Shown here one piece after another: positions 63,752-64,000 of a DNA stretch of 64,000 bases (its first letter is position 1; each line of letters starts with the position of its first letter). The translations under genes and the position numbers were made by a program. Below the pieces are notes generated by a model. The model worked only from the letters and a program-made list of their open reading frames with translations, was not told where the DNA came from and searched no databases. The stretch is from Tubiluchus corallicola (lineage: Eukaryota; Animalia; Priapulida): contig JAQGDQ010000417.1 in the NCBI GenBank assembly GCA_030141605.1, forward strand, positions 124,001-188,000. Reading direction: 5' to 3'.

Positions 63752-64000
63752 TGTTAAAAAACTTGTAACAATTTTATTGCAAAATGTACAATGTTTACAG
63801 ATTATAAACTTTTATGACACATTATGATACCACTACAGTAGAAAATTTTCAACCTCTCCAAATGCTATCTCAAGACCAACCGGAACTTGCATGCCTGGGA
63901 GAATAAAGCTCTAATCACATGACCAGACATACAAGTTCCTATTGGAAGGTACATTAATTCATGCAAAGGTCACCTCTACTCTACATGTTAAACCAACATC
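63752..64000 (-). repeat. 5' LTR (partial, R/U5 end)
   Basis: Ends in ...AACA on the minus strand, 2 nt before the PBS; matches 55975-56223. Confidence 0.93.

Larger units (their letters stand above)
55975..64000 (-). mobile_element. BEL/Pao LTR retrotransposon, apparently intact; 5' LTR cut by the window edge
   Basis: Direct repeats at 55975-56223+ and 63752-64000, a PBS, and a single gag-pol ORF with order PR-RT-RH-IN. Confidence 0.96.

Overview
This is AT-rich, intron-containing animal genomic DNA, probably from an invertebrate, and every gene is on the minus strand. From left to right it holds four blocks. (1) The 5' half of a myosin-XVIIIa gene: 6 phase-consistent coding exons, 1421-14893, covering the KE-rich N-terminus, PDZ and the start of a divergent motor domain; the gene runs off the left edge. 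(2) Fourteen phase-consistent exons (21575-40418, about 1094 aa) of a polycystin-1-like gene from mid-PLAT to the stop; I found none of its upstream exons in the window. (3) A tandem array of tiny single-exon class A GPCRs (4 intact copies of 276-281 aa, 2 pseudogenes, several fragments, about 41950-55975) showing gene conversion and lacking the TM3-ECL2 disulfide, apparently nested in a polycystin intron. (4) A very young, intact BEL/Pao LTR retrotransposon (55975 to beyond 64000) with a tRNA-Phe primer binding site and an unexpected N-terminal SAP domain. Introns carry hAT and Tc1/mariner MITEs, LINE remnants, minisatellites and GA/CT microsatellites. Splice sites were read by eye, and no database searches were run.
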